A stretch of 64,000 bases of DNA from Yuukianura sp. NJ FZ-2021 (lineage: Eukaryota). Under the pieces are notes generated by a model. It ran no database searches. It was not told where the DNA came from and worked only from the letters and a program-made list of their open reading frames with translations. The translations under genes and the position numbers were made by a program. The stretch's first letter is position 1. The number at the start of each line of letters is the position of its first letter. The stretch spans positions 6,324,001 to 6,388,000 of the forward strand of contig CM102284.1 in NCBI GenBank assembly GCA_046563655.1. Direction: 5' to 3'. Shown piece by piece: positions 63,986 through 64,000 of the stretch.

Positions 63986-64000
63986 GTAAGCTTTTCAAAA

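Overview
Gene-dense, AT-rich eukaryotic DNA with many short (mostly ~60-100 nt) GT-AG introns. A compact-genome arthropod is inferred from a ModSP-like protease, a GGY-rich secreted protein and a TTAGG tract; the species cannot be determined. Genes in order: 3' part of misshapen/MAP4K4 (+), divergent tetraspanin (-), truncated METTL7-like methyltransferase fragment (+), double SINA/Siah-module protein (-), orphan multi-exon gene (+), V-ATPase A (+), BAG3/starvin-like (-), TAX1BP3/TIP-1 (-), FBXO33-like (+), PIG-X (-), CHMP6/Vps20 (+), DNA polymerase theta (-), USP5 (+), ATP synthase b (-), FBXL14/Ppa (+), MPPE-type metallophosphoesterase (+), Gly/Tyr-rich secreted peptide (+) and a modular serine protease (-). 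Non-coding highlights: a 245-bp fold-back MITE with an 8-bp TSD and a telomeric (TAACC)4 core plus a longer relative, a dispersed repeat family, intronic tandem repeats, an extended heat-shock element upstream of the BAG gene and an M-box/CLEAR motif upstream of V-ATPase A. I found no rRNA, tRNA, CRISPR array or autonomous transposase. Gene models were spliced by eye, CDS coordinates include introns, and homology calls come from remembered motifs rather than database searches.
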